Positions 1 through 9,943 of a stretch of 64,000 nucleotides of DNA are shown piece after piece; the stretch's first letter is position 1, and each line of letters starts with the position of its first letter. Both the position numbers and the translations under genes were made by a program. The notes beneath the pieces are model-generated. The model did no database searches. It was given only the letters and a program-made list of their open reading frames with translations, and was not told the DNA's origin. The DNA is from Gemmatimonadota bacterium (GTDB taxonomy: Bacteria > Gemmatimonadota > Gemmatimonadetes > Palauibacterales > Palauibacteraceae), in the NCBI GenBank assembly GCA_039584815.1, contig JBDGXC010000007.1:8440-72439 (forward strand), written 5' to 3'.

Positions 1-1542
1 GCCGTCCTCGTCCTGCCTGGCGCCGTCACCCGGGAAATAGACTCCTTCGAACCTGGACCAGTACGTGTCCCGGAAGCGCTGGTCGTCGCCGTAGATGCCG
101 CGGAGCATCGCGGGCCATGGTGAGCTGATCACCAGGTAGCCGCTCTCCGCCTCCTCCCCCTGCTGGTCCACGACGGCGGCCTCGATGCCGGGGAAGGCTA
201 CCGTGACCGACCCCGGCTTGGTGCTGACGGCCCCCGGAAGCGGCGTGATCATGATCGCGCCCGTCTCGGTCTGCCACCACGTGTCCACGATGGGACAGCG
301 TCCGCCCCCGATGTGCCCGTGGTACCAGGTCCAGGCCTCGGGGTTGATCGGTTCTCCCACCGTGCCGAGCAGTCTGAGTCTCGACAGATCGTACCGTGCC
401 GGCCACCCGGCGCCCCACTTCATGAATGCGCGGATGGCCGTGGGGGCGGTGTACAGGATCGACACGCCATACTTCTCGCACAGCTCCCAGAAGCGGCCCC
501 TGTCGGGCCAGTCGGGCGCGCCCTCGTACATCAACTGGGTGGCCCCCGCCGCCAGCGGTCCATACACGATGTAGGAGTGGCCGGTTACCCAACCGACGTC
601 GGCCGTGCACCAGTAGACGTCCTCGTCCTTGAGGTCGAACACCCAGCTCGTGGTCGCGGTCACCTGGGTCAGGTAGCCGCCGGTGGTGTGCACGATCCCC
701 TTCGGCTTCCCTGTCGTTCCCGACGTATAAAGGATGTACAGGAGGTCCTCGGAGTCCATCTCCTCGGCGGGGCAGTCGGCGGAAGCGTCCTGGATGAGGC
801 GGTGGTACCAGTGGTCCCGGCCTTCCTGGAAGTGTACGAACGCCTCGTCACCCTCGCCCCCGGCCCGGCGGCGCACGATCACCACGTTCTCGACGAAATC
901 GAGGCCCTCGATCGCTTCGTCCGCCGTACGCTTGAGCGGGATCACCTGTCCACGGCGGTACGCTCCGTCGCCCGTTATCAGCAGCTTCGCGTGGGCGTCC
1001 TCGATGCGGTCGCGCAACGATTTCGCCGAGAAGCCGCCGAACACTACGGAATGCGGCGCCCCGATCCTGGCACATGCGAGCATCGCGATCGCGGCTTCCG
1101 GAATCATCGGCAGGTAAATGGCCACCCGGTCACCCTTCGCCACGCCCAGCTTCTTCAAGGCGTTGGCGAATTGACTGACCTCCCGGTGCAGCTGCCGGTA
1201 CGTGTACACGCGTCGGTCGCCCGGCTCGCCCTCCCAGATGAGAGCGGCCTTGTTGGCTCTCCACCCGTCCAGGTGACGATCGAGGCAGTTGTACGCGACG
1301 TTGAGCTTGCCGCCGACGAACCAGCGGGCGAACGGCGGCTCCCACTGGAGTACCGCGTCCCACTTCCTGAACCAGTGGAGCTTCTCGGCCCAGGACGCCC
1401 AGAAGGCCTCGCGATCCGCTCGTGCCTTCCGGTAGGGGGTGTCATCTCCCACCGCCGCTGACCGACGGAAATCCGCGTGCGGCTCGTAGAGCCTCTCTTC
1501 GTGAAGCAGAACGTCGATCTCGCGGCGGCGGCCATCCGACAT
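1..1542 (-). CDS. acs: Acetyl-CoA synthetase (AMP-forming). The N-terminus is present; the C-terminal part runs off the window start. Partial.
   Basis: My own reverse-complement translation from the ATG at 1542 gives [25 protein letters not shown]...[18 protein letters not shown]...[11 protein letters not shown]...[15 protein letters not shown]. These are canonical Acs N-terminal, AMP-binding and P-loop motifs. The ORF is not in the supplied track because it has no in-window stop codon. Confidence 0.9.
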   Translation of the reverse strand, partial: MSDGRRREIDVLLHEERLYEPHADFRRSAAVGDDTPYRKARADREAFWASWAEKLHWFRKWDAVLQWEPPFARWFVGGKLNVAYNCLDRHLDGWRANKAALIWEGEPGDRRVYTYRQLHREVSQFANALKKLGVAKGDRVAIYLPMIPEAAIAMLACARIGAPHSVVFGGFSAKSLRDRIEDAHAKLLITGDGAYRRGQVIPLKRTADEAIEGLDFVENVVIVRRRAGGEGDEAFVHFQEGRDHWYHRLIQDASADCPAEEMDSEDLLYILYTSGTTGKPKGIVHTTGGYLTQVTATTSWVFDLKDEDVYWCTADVGWVTGHSYIVYGPLAAGATQLMYEGAPDWPDRGRFWELCEKYGVSILYTAPTAIRAFMKWGAGWPARYDLSRLRLLGTVGEPINPEAWTWYHGHIGGGRCPIVDTWWQTETGAIMITPLPGAVSTKPGSVTVAFPGIEAAVVDQQGEEAESGYLVISSPWPAMLRGIYGDDQRFRDTYWSRFEGVYFPGDGARQDEDG

Positions 1543-1703
1543 CGATAGTCTCCTGCTGGTGCTGGTGGATCGGGCGGTTCGCGGAGAGTAGAGTGTCGCG
1601 AAGCGGCGATGCAAGCGATTCGACGACGTCGCGTGTTCATATTCCCGTTGCCGGCGACCACCGATACCTTCATGACGACCTTTCCAAGGGGAGGCTTCGT
1701 TCC

Positions 1704-3851
1704 ATGCGCCGATACATCCGATGGACCTCGATCGCGATCACGCTCACTCTCGCCGCCGCGTGCGGCGAACAGACATCAGACACCGGAATGGCAACAACGA
1801 CCGACAACGGTCTTCTCGCCGGGTGGACGGGTCCCTACGGGGGCGTTCCGGCGTTCGACCGGATGGATCTGGCTGACCTGAAGCCAGCGCTGGGGGCGGG
1901 CATGGAGATGGAGCTGGCCGAGATCGACGAGATCGCCGGCAATCCCGAGTCGCCCACGTTCGAGAACACCATCGTCGCCCTGGAGCGCACGGGTCGGGAG
2001 CTGAGCCGCGTGTTCGCTTACCAGGGCATATGGAGCTCCAACCTGTCGTCGCCGGAGTTCCGCGAAATTCAGCTCGAGATGGCTCCGAAGCTGGCTGAGC
2101 ACCGAACGAAGATCACCCAGAACACGGCTCTGTTCGAGCGGATCCGCGCCGTGTACGAGAGCGACGAGGCGGCGACCCTGCGTCCCGATCAGCAACGCTT
2201 GCTCCAGCTCGTCTACGACCGGTTCGCCCGCAACGGGGCGACCCTGACCGGTGAGGCGAAGGAGCGATACGCAGCGATCAACCAGCGCCTGGCGGAGCTG
2301 CACACGCGGTTCGGGAACAACGTGCTGGCCGACGAGGAAGGCTACGTGACGTATCTGACGGAGGACCAGCTCGGAGGACTGTCCGAGGCCTACGTCCGGG
2401 CGGCGGCCGCCGCGGCGGCCCAGCGGGACCACGAGGGCGAGTACGCGGTCACGAACACGCGCTCCTCCATGGACCCGTTCCTCACGTTCTCGGACCAGCG
2501 CGACCTGCGGGAAGAAATCTGGCGGACGTACTACAGCCGCGGGGACAACGGGGACGAGCACGACAACAACGCGTTGATCGCGGAGATCCTCGAGCTGCGT
2601 AACGAGCGCGTCCGGCTGCTTGGCTACGAAACGTACGCCGCGTGGCGACTCGAGAACCGCATGGCCAAGACTCCGGATCAGGCCTTCGCGCTCCTCGAGG
2701 CCATCTGGCCTGCATCTCTCGCGCGGGTGGAGGAGGAAGTGGCGGACATGCAGGCGATCGCTGACGCCGAGGGCGCCGGAATCACCATCGAGCCGTGGGA
2801 CTATCGCTACTACGCCGAGAAGGTCCGACAGGACAAGTACGATCTCGACTCCGACGAGGTGAAGCAGTACCTGCAGCTCGACAACCTGATCCTGGCGATG
2901 CATTTCGTGGCGAGCGAGCTGTTCCAGTTCGAGTTCACTCCCGTGCCCGAAGGTTCCGTTCCCGTGTTCCACGAGGACGTCAAGGTGTGGGAGGTCGCGA
3001 ACCGGACGTCCGGCGACCACGTCGGGCTGTGGTATCTCGATCCGTTCGCGCGTCCGGGCAAGCGATCGGGCGCCTGGGCGACGTCGTATCGCAGCCATGA
3101 GACGTTCGACGGCCAACGAAGGCCGCTCGGCTCCAACAACTCCAACTTCATCGCGGGTGGGCCGGGCGAGCCGGTTCTCATCTCGTGGACCGACGCGGAA
3201 ACGCTGTTCCACGAGTTCGGCCACGCGCTGCACTACCTGTCGTCCAACGTGGCCTACCCGACGCTGAACGGTGGCGTGCGCGACTACACGGAGTTCCAGT
3301 CCCAGCTGCTGGAGCGCTGGCTTCTCACCGACCAGGTGATCGACAACTACCTCCTCCACGTGGATACCGGCGAGCCGATCCCGGATGAGCTGGTCGCGAA
3401 GATCAGGAACGCCGCCACGTTCAATCAGGGATTCGAGACCACGGAGTACCTCGCCTCGGCGCTCATGGACATGCGGTACCACACGATGGACCCGACCGGC
3501 CTCGACGTGGACTCGTTCGAGCGCGCGACGCTCGCGGAATTGGGCATGCCGTCCGAGCTCCCGATGCGCCACCGCAGCCCGCACTTCGCGCACGCCTTCT
3601 CGGGCGAAGGCTACTCGGCGGGCTACTACAGCTACATCTGGGCGGACGTGTTGACGTCCGACGCCGCGGAGGCATTCGCCGAGGCGCCCGGTGGCTACTA
3701 CGACCAGGAGCTCGCGGCGAAGCTGGTCGAGCATCTGTTTGCGGTCCGCAACGCGGTCGATCCGGGCGACGCCTACCGGGCGTTCCGTGGGCGGGATGCG
3801 GAGATCGACGCGCTGATGCGGGATCGCGGGTTCCCGGTTCCCGGCGATTGA
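1704..3851 (+). CDS. dcp: M3-family peptidyl-dipeptidase (Dcp/oligopeptidase A-like), probable lipoprotein.
   Basis: Zinc motif HEFGHALH with a downstream Glu. The 715-aa length is typical of M3 peptidases. N-terminal signal [20 protein letters not shown] carries a lipobox. The ATG at 1704 follows the RBS aaggggagg. Confidence 0.85.
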   Translation: MRRYIRWTSIAITLTLAAACGEQTSDTGMATTTDNGLLAGWTGPYGGVPAFDRMDLADLKPALGAGMEMELAEIDEIAGNPESPTFENTIVALERTGRELSRVFAYQGIWSSNLSSPEFREIQLEMAPKLAEHRTKITQNTALFERIRAVYESDEAATLRPDQQRLLQLVYDRFARNGATLTGEAKERYAAINQRLAELHTRFGNNVLADEEGYVTYLTEDQLGGLSEAYVRAAAAAAAQRDHEGEYAVTNTRSSMDPFLTFSDQRDLREEIWRTYYSRGDNGDEHDNNALIAEILELRNERVRLLGYETYAAWRLENRMAKTPDQAFALLEAIWPASLARVEEEVADMQAIADAEGAGITIEPWDYRYYAEKVRQDKYDLDSDEVKQYLQLDNLILAMHFVASELFQFEFTPVPEGSVPVFHEDVKVWEVANRTSGDHVGLWYLDPFARPGKRSGAWATSYRSHETFDGQRRPLGSNNSNFIAGGPGEPVLISWTDAETLFHEFGHALHYLSSNVAYPTLNGGVRDYTEFQSQLLERWLLTDQVIDNYLLHVDTGEPIPDELVAKIRNAATFNQGFETTEYLASALMDMRYHTMDPTGLDVDSFERATLAELGMPSELPMRHRSPHFAHAFSGEGYSAGYYSYIWADVLTSDAAEAFAEAPGGYYDQELAAKLVEHLFAVRNAVDPGDAYRAFRGRDAEIDALMRDRGFPVPGD

Positions 3852-3889
3852 TCGGGGACGGGTAGACCCTCCGGGAGCGCCCGGCACCG

Positions 3890-5233
3890 ATGCCGATACA
3901 CGATGCGATCCTGATCGCCGCGGGTGCCGTCCTGTGTGCAGTGCTGGTCTGCGCGGCGATCATCTCGTGGCGCGAGAACGAGCCGCGGGCGGTGGGGCGT
4001 CTGCTGGGACTGGCCCTGCTGGCGCCTCTCACGTTCCTGACCGCTGCCTTCCTGGGGGAGCTTACCGGCCTCGTCCTCCTGGCCCTTACAGCACTGAGCG
4101 CGGTGGCGCTGGTCGTTCCCACGGGATACCGTCACCGCGCCGAACGCGACGTACCGACCACTCAGATCGACGAGCGGGACGTCATGTTCTCGCGAGCACG
4201 CCTGGAGCCCGGCACTCCGCGATTCGAGGCCTACTACGAGGAGAAGCCCGGGAAGCGCGAGCCCGACGACCGATTCCGTGCCCAACCGGGTCTACTCGCG
4301 AAAGGATCCGCGCTCTACGATCCGTTCATGTTCGCCGCCGCCGACGCGAGCTTCGCGACGATCGCCGGGCTTCGTTCGATGGTGGACGGCCCGGTTGCCG
4401 CCGACAAGGAATCTCCCGACCCGGCAGCGATCTCGGAGTTCATCAAGGGGTGGACCGCGAAGCTCGGCGCCATGAACGTGGGCATCACCGAGCTCCGGCA
4501 CTACCACAAGTACACCACTGTTGGACGCGGGGAACAATACGGGGAGCCCGTTCAGCTCGATCACGCGTACGCGATCGCGCTGACCGTAGAGATGGCCCGC
4601 GAGATGATCGCCCGGGCGCCGCGCGGGCCCACCGTCATGGAGTCGGCGCAGCAGTACATGGCCGCAGGGGCGATCGCGGTGCAGGTCGCCCGGTTCATCC
4701 GAAATCTGGGTTACCCCGCGCGGGCCCACATCGACGGCAACTACCGCGTCGTGTGTCCGCTGGTGGCGCGGGACGCGGGTCTCGGCGAGATCGGGCGCAT
4801 GGGGCTTCTCATGACGCCGCGCCTCGGCCCGCGCGTGCGGCTGGGCGTCGTGACCACGGACCTGCCGCTCGTGGTGGATAGGCGCGAGCCGGACCATTCA
4901 GTTATCGATTTCTGCACGATGTGCGAGAAGTGCACGGACGTCTGCCCGAGCCAGGCCATTCCGCGAGGGGTCCGATCCGAGATCGACGGAGCGCTGCGGT
5001 GGCGGATCGACTCCGAAGCCTGCTTCACGTACTGGTGCAAGATCGGCACGGATTGCGCCCGCTGCGTGGCCGTGTGCCCGTACTCCCATCCCGACAACCC
5101 GATGCACAACATCGTGAGGCTCGCCCTGCGGAACTCGGCCGTGGCGCGGCGGGTGGCCCTGGCCGCCGACGACTACATCTACGGGCGCAGGCCGCTCCCG
5201 GCAGAGGTGAGAGGCTGGTCAGACATGGCGTGA
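3890..5233 (+). CDS. Membrane-anchored Fe-S protein of the reductive dehalogenase / epoxyqueuosine reductase superfamily.
   Basis: Two N-terminal hydrophobic helices. C-terminal Cys motifs CTMCEKCTDVCP and CARCVAVCPYSHPDNP indicate two 4Fe-4S ferredoxin-type sites in RdhA-like arrangement. Confidence 0.6.
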   Translation: MPIHDAILIAAGAVLCAVLVCAAIISWRENEPRAVGRLLGLALLAPLTFLTAAFLGELTGLVLLALTALSAVALVVPTGYRHRAERDVPTTQIDERDVMFSRARLEPGTPRFEAYYEEKPGKREPDDRFRAQPGLLAKGSALYDPFMFAAADASFATIAGLRSMVDGPVAADKESPDPAAISEFIKGWTAKLGAMNVGITELRHYHKYTTVGRGEQYGEPVQLDHAYAIALTVEMAREMIARAPRGPTVMESAQQYMAAGAIAVQVARFIRNLGYPARAHIDGNYRVVCPLVARDAGLGEIGRMGLLMTPRLGPRVRLGVVTTDLPLVVDRREPDHSVIDFCTMCEKCTDVCPSQAIPRGVRSEIDGALRWRIDSEACFTYWCKIGTDCARCVAVCPYSHPDNPMHNIVRLALRNSAVARRVALAADDYIYGRRPLPAEVRGWSDMA

Positions 5234-5278
5234 GCCGCTGATGATATGGCGGACGCCGGCAGGAGTCGCTCGTCCCGC

Positions 5279-7213
5279 CTAGAGTTGCCCCAGACGCCGT
5301 TCGACGTCTTCCCACTCCGTCATCAGCTCTTCGACTTCCGCCCGGAGGCGACTCCGCTCCGCTTGCAGCTCCCGAACATCATCGCGTGCCGTCGAGTCGT
5401 AGAAGGTCGGATCCGAGAAGGTTTCGTCGATCGCCTCGATACGGTTCTCGGCGTCCTCGATCCGGGCCGTGATGGTGTCGAGGCGCCGCACCAGCTCCCG
5501 CTCGGTCTCGCGATCGTGTCTCTCGCCGTCCGGTTTTCCGTCCGTCTTCCTGTGGCCGGCGGTCTTCTCACTCCGCTTCGCCACCCGAGCCTTCAGCACG
5601 ACGGTGTCCACGTCCAGGTGATCGTCGCCACAGAAGTGAACGTAGTCCTCGTAGGTGCCCTGGTAGTCGCGAATCCCGTCTGCCGTGATCTCGATGACCC
5701 GGTTGGCGAGCTGTGACACGAACCAGCGATCGTGAGACACAAGGATGAGCGTGCCGTCGTATCTCCTCAGCGCCTCGACCAGGGCATCGATCGACTCGAG
5801 GTCGAGGTGATTCGTGGGCTCGTCGAGTACCAGCACGTTGGGGCGCTCGATCGCCAGCTTGCAGAACACGAGCCGGGCGGCCTCGCCTCCGGACAGAGTG
5901 CCAAGCTTCTTCTTGCCGTCGTCGCCGGAGAACAGGACCCGCCCCATCTCTCCCCGCACGAAGCCGAACGTCTGGCCAGGACAGGTGTCCCAGATCCACT
6001 CCTCGGCCGTGCGATCGGGCGCCTCGAACTGCTCGCTGTGATCCTGCGCGAAGTAGCCCGGGTGCGTCTCGTAGCCCCACGTCATCGTTCCGGCGTCGGG
6101 CTCGAGCTCTCCCATCAAGATCTTGAGCAGCGTGGACTTGCCGATGCCGTTGGGTCCCATGATCGCGAGGCGGTCGCCACGGGACACCGTGAGATCCACC
6201 CCGTGCAGCACTTCGTTGTCGCCGAACGCCTTGCGGATCCCCTGGGTCGAGAGAACCTCGCGCCCGCTGTGGCGTCTCTCCTCGAGTCGGAAGCTCGGAT
6301 AGCGGCGCGAGCTGGCCGGCAGCTCCTCCAGCCCCTCCGCCTTCTTCTCGATCAGCCGCAGCTTGCTCTGGGCCTGGCGCGCCTTGCTGGCCTTGGCCCG
6401 GAACCGGTCCACGAACTTCTGGTGGTGCGCGATCTCCCGCTCCCGGCTGGCGATCTCCTTCTCCCGTCGCTCCCGCTCCGCCTGCTTCGCCACCAGAAAG
6501 TCGCCGTAATTACCGGGGTACAGAGTGACCGTCTCGTAGTCCACGTCCAGGATCTGCGTGGAGACGTTGTCGAGAACACGATGGTCGTGCGAGATGATGA
6601 CCACCGGTCCCGCGAAGTCCCGCAGGAACTTCTCGAGCCAGCGGATCGACAGGATGTCCAGGTGATTGGTGGGCTCGTCGAGCAGCAGGACGTCGGGCGG
6701 GCCGGCCAGCGCCTGCGCCAGCAGGACGCGCAGCTTGAATCCCCCGGACAGGGTCGACAGGGGCCGGCCGTGAAGATGGGCCTGAATTCCCAGGCCCTCC
6801 AGGATCTCCGCGGCCCGGGATTCAGCCGCGTATCCGTCGTGGTGCTGGATCGTCTCCTCGAGCTCCGAGAACCGAGCGGCATCGAAGTCGCCGTCGGCCG
6901 CCGCGAGCAGCGCTTCCTTCTCGGTCATCGCCTCCCACAGTCCCCGGTTGCCCATCAGCGCGACCCCGAGGATCTTCTCCTCCTCGTGCAGAAACTGGTC
7001 CTGCCGCAGAACCCCGAGGTTCACGTTCCTGGGAATCGAGACCGAGCCCGCTGACGGCTCCACGCCGCCGGCGAGGATGTTGAGGAGCGTCGTCTTTCCG
7101 GAGCCGTTGGCGCCCACCAGCCCGTAGCGCTCTCCCCGGTTGAGCTCGAACGAGACATCGCGGAACAGTGTCCTGGCGCCGTACGACTTCGCGAGGCTGG
7201 AGACGGAGATCAT
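5279..7213 (-). CDS. ABC-F family ATPase with tandem ABC domains and a C-terminal coiled-coil extension (Uup/YheS-like).
   Basis: Walker A GANGSGKTT and GPNGIGKST, signature motifs LSGGFKLRV and LSGGEAARL, Walker B LLLDEPTNHLD and LVLDEPTNHLD. No transmembrane domain. Heptad-like tail ERSRLRAEVEELMTEWEDVERRL. Confidence 0.9.
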   Translation of the reverse strand: MISVSSLAKSYGARTLFRDVSFELNRGERYGLVGANGSGKTTLLNILAGGVEPSAGSVSIPRNVNLGVLRQDQFLHEEEKILGVALMGNRGLWEAMTEKEALLAAADGDFDAARFSELEETIQHHDGYAAESRAAEILEGLGIQAHLHGRPLSTLSGGFKLRVLLAQALAGPPDVLLLDEPTNHLDILSIRWLEKFLRDFAGPVVIISHDHRVLDNVSTQILDVDYETVTLYPGNYGDFLVAKQAERERREKEIASREREIAHHQKFVDRFRAKASKARQAQSKLRLIEKKAEGLEELPASSRRYPSFRLEERRHSGREVLSTQGIRKAFGDNEVLHGVDLTVSRGDRLAIMGPNGIGKSTLLKILMGELEPDAGTMTWGYETHPGYFAQDHSEQFEAPDRTAEEWIWDTCPGQTFGFVRGEMGRVLFSGDDGKKKLGTLSGGEAARLVFCKLAIERPNVLVLDEPTNHLDLESIDALVEALRRYDGTLILVSHDRWFVSQLANRVIEITADGIRDYQGTYEDYVHFCGDDHLDVDTVVLKARVAKRSEKTAGHRKTDGKPDGERHDRETERELVRRLDTITARIEDAENRIEAIDETFSDPTFYDSTARDDVRELQAERSRLRAEVEELMTEWEDVERRLGQL

Positions 7214-7226
7214 GGGCCGGGGCGAC

Positions 7227-8051
7227 TCAGTCGTCGATCACGCGGATGTAGTTGGGCCGCGCGTAGGCCTGCCGGAAGCCGAATCCCAGGGTGTTTCGCC
7301 ACGACGGCGATTCCCGCTCGGACGTCTGCTGCGCGGTCTCCACCACCATGGTCCGGCAGCCCAGCACCGCGGCGTCGCGGATGCGGCGGGCCAGCAGGCC
7401 ACTCTGCGCCCCCCGTCCCCGGTGCTCCGGCAGGGTGGCCGCGAAGTCGAGCCATGCGCATTGCCCCGTCGCGAAGAACGCCCCCGTGGCGACCGGAATG
7501 TCTCCGTCGAACGCCATGTAATGGCTCCAGCCCTCGCGCCCGACGGTGTCACCCACCCACGGTCGCACGGTCTCCGGCCACCCGAAGCACTCCACGGCGA
7601 TGGCACCGAACCCGGCGGCCTCGGATGCGCCTATGGGTCGAATCGTCAGATCGCTCGCGACATCCGGCGGATCGGATCCGTCGCGGCACAGCTTGATCCA
7701 GTTGTTGTAGTGCCGGAACCCCTTCCTCTCGAGCAGGCGCCCGAGATCGGGCGGAGCCGCGCCGGGGGCGACCTGGACGAAGAAGCGGGAGGTTTCGGCC
7801 GCGGCGTACGCGTCCACGATCTCCTCGATGTCACTCTCGGCGGCGGGCTGCCGCAGGCCGAGGCCGACGACCCGGTTAAAGGCAAGCACGTCCGGCGCCG
7901 CGTGCGTGAGGATCGCGCCGGCCACCGTGCGCAGGCCGGGGGAGCAGGTCTCTCGACTCGCATCTCCGGCCGCGCGGTACCAGTCGGCCCACGCCTCCAT
8001 CTCGCAGGCTTCCAGCGACCGGACCTCGGCGCTGTCGTAGCGGTCGCTCAA
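7227..8051 (-). CDS. GNAT-family N-acetyltransferase.
   Basis: Acetyl-CoA binding motif HRGRGAQSGLL lies in the C-terminal half. The protein is 274 aa and sits in tandem with the ABC-F gene, 14-bp gap. Confidence 0.6.
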   Translation of the reverse strand: MSDRYDSAEVRSLEACEMEAWADWYRAAGDASRETCSPGLRTVAGAILTHAAPDVLAFNRVVGLGLRQPAAESDIEEIVDAYAAAETSRFFVQVAPGAAPPDLGRLLERKGFRHYNNWIKLCRDGSDPPDVASDLTIRPIGASEAAGFGAIAVECFGWPETVRPWVGDTVGREGWSHYMAFDGDIPVATGAFFATGQCAWLDFAATLPEHRGRGAQSGLLARRIRDAAVLGCRTMVVETAQQTSERESPSWRNTLGFGFRQAYARPNYIRVIDD

Positions 8052-8279
8052 GACATGTCTCCTGCCTGGATGCTTCCGGTTCTGCCCGTGGAAGGCAGGT
8101 GTCGATCTTCAGCTCGCGAAGTTCATCCGGCGCAGGAACCTAGGTCCCCGGTTCCGGTACGGGCAATCGCTTTTCAACGGATCGTGCTTCCATGGACGCA
8201 CCTAAGGTGGTGCTCACTTCCCGTTGACATGGGAGCATCCGAACATCAGAATCGCAGCACCCGCACCGGGAGGCTCACC

Positions 8280-8741
8280 ATGGGTGCCACGACGCACATT
8301 CTGCTAACCACGGATTTCTCCGAGGCGTCCGAAGAAGCTGTTGAAAAGGCCGCAGAGGTGGCGCGACAGACGGGCGCCAGGCTGACCGTCCTGCACGTTC
8401 ACCGTCACGCGCCCGCCGCACCGGAGGCCGTGATTCCGACGGACAAGCAGGTTACGTCCGAGGACCTGGACACCGAAGCGCACGAGAGCCTGGAGGGGCT
8501 GAAGCGCACGATCCTCGCCGACGTGGAGAACGTGACGCTGGTCACGTTGGAGAACGTCAGCGCCCCACTGGCGATCTGTGATTACGCGGACCGGAAAGCG
8601 GTCGATCTCATCGTGATAGGCACACACGGGCGCACGGGTATGCCGCGTCTGCTGATCGGCAGTGTGGCCGAGAAAGTCGTGCGACACGCGAACTGCCCCG
8701 TTCTGGTGGTCCCCCACGGCAAGCGACTCTCCGCGACCTGA
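8280..8741 (+). CDS. Universal stress protein (UspA family).
   Basis: MGATTHILLTTDFSEAS..LTVLHV...LIVIGTHGRTG...GSVAEKVVRHANCPVLVV. The ATG at 8280 lies inside a longer spurious upstream ORF from the track. Confidence 0.85.
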   Translation: MGATTHILLTTDFSEASEEAVEKAAEVARQTGARLTVLHVHRHAPAAPEAVIPTDKQVTSEDLDTEAHESLEGLKRTILADVENVTLVTLENVSAPLAICDYADRKAVDLIVIGTHGRTGMPRLLIGSVAEKVVRHANCPVLVVPHGKRLSAT

Positions 8742-8965
8742 AACGCGGTCGCCGACACACATGACGGAGCTTCGGAAACAGGACGTGCGAAAACCAACGA
8801 AATCAATTATCATGCTTTTGTCCGTTATTATTCGAACATCTAACCAGGCGCCGCGGAGGCCGTTCACGGATTCCAGATCCGAATAAACACCTCCTCCCGG
8901 GCGGCGCACGCGACGCCGGCGGCCGAGCCGCCAGGTTCGGCCTGACCTCTGAGGGCAGGTAGAGC

Positions 8966-9832
8966 ATGTTGAAGGGCACGAGACGTCTCACGACCGTGAT
9001 ATTCCAAGCAATCCTCTGCGCTGTGCTTTCGGTCCCCCTCCTTCACTCCGGAGCGGTTCGGGCGCAAGCCTCCGCCGACCAGGGCCGCGAGATCTTCCAG
9101 ACACTCTGCTCGGCATGTCACACGATCGGCGGCGGATCGCTCGTGGGGCCCGACCTTCAGGGGATCGACGAGCGTCGCAGCGAGGCCTGGATCGTCGGCT
9201 TCGTCCAGCACTCCCAGGCCATGGTGGACGAGGGCGACCCGGACGCGGTGGCGATCTTCGAGGAATTCAACAGGATTCCGATGCCGGACCAGGCGCTCAC
9301 CGAGCAGGAGATCGTGGCCGTTCTGGACTACGTGCGCGGTACTTCGACGAGCGGTGAGCCTCCGGCCGAGCGACAGCCGGCCACGGAAGAGCAGGTACGC
9401 CTCGGACGGGCTCTGTTCCAGGGCAACTCCCGATTCACCAACAACGGCCCCACGTGCAATTCGTGCCACGAGGTAAGGGGTGAAGACGTGCTGGCCGGCG
9501 GCCTGCTCGCGGCAGAGCTCACGTCCGTGGTCTCACGCGTGGGCTCGCAGGGGGTTTGGGCGATCATCAGTCGACCTCCGTTCCCCCTGATGCAGAAGGC
9601 GTACGAGGGCCGACCCCTCACCGATGAGGAGGTCGGGGCGCTCGTGGCGTTCCTCGAGCGCGCGGACGCCGAGCAGGCGATGTACGAGCCTCGTGCCTAC
9701 GGCATCCCGTTGTTCCTGGCCGGCATCGCGGGCACCTCATTGCTCCTGGGGCTCTACACGCTGATCTGGCGCAAGCGCAGGAAGGGCTCCGTGAACCAGG
9801 TGATCTTCGACCGGCAGGTGAGGTCGGCGTGA
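8966..9832 (+). CDS. narC: Membrane-anchored dihaem cytochrome c, the first gene of the nar operon (NarC-like).
   Basis: Two CxxCH haem motifs (CSACH and CNSCH). N-terminal signal peptide and a C-terminal TM helix LFLAGIAGTSLLLGLYTLIW. Lies directly upstream of narG, as in the Thermus narCGHJIK arrangement. Confidence 0.7.
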   Translation: MLKGTRRLTTVIFQAILCAVLSVPLLHSGAVRAQASADQGREIFQTLCSACHTIGGGSLVGPDLQGIDERRSEAWIVGFVQHSQAMVDEGDPDAVAIFEEFNRIPMPDQALTEQEIVAVLDYVRGTSTSGEPPAERQPATEEQVRLGRALFQGNSRFTNNGPTCNSCHEVRGEDVLAGGLLAAELTSVVSRVGSQGVWAIISRPPFPLMQKAYEGRPLTDEEVGALVAFLERADAEQAMYEPRAYGIPLFLAGIAGTSLLLGLYTLIWRKRRKGSVNQVIFDRQVRSA

Positions 9833-9943
9833 TCGGGCGACGCCGACCGGAACCGTCCGGAGATTCCTCCGTTAACCGCTCGCAGACGACACGCAGATCC
9901 GGTTGATCCGAATCCACAGCAGCCAAGAGATCGAGAAGAGACC

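Noticed and set aside
313-1461. A 382-aa plus-strand ORF, plus other small ORFs over 26-1673.
   Set aside because: They lie antisense or out of frame within the acetyl-CoA synthetase gene, whose minus-strand translation carries unambiguous Acs motifs.
5732-7054. A 440-aa plus-strand ORF antisense to the ABC-F gene.
   Set aside because: No motifs and Arg/Leu/Pro-rich. A typical high-GC antisense artefact.
7140-8741. A 533-aa track ORF extending the UspA gene far upstream.
   Set aside because: The upstream 380 aa overlap the GNAT gene antisense and are low-complexity. The conserved Usp domain begins at the ATG at 8280.
8742-8965. AT-rich stretch checked for a small RNA or tRNA.
   Set aside because: No cloverleaf-compatible structure and no terminator. 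Better explained as the nar promoter or leader.
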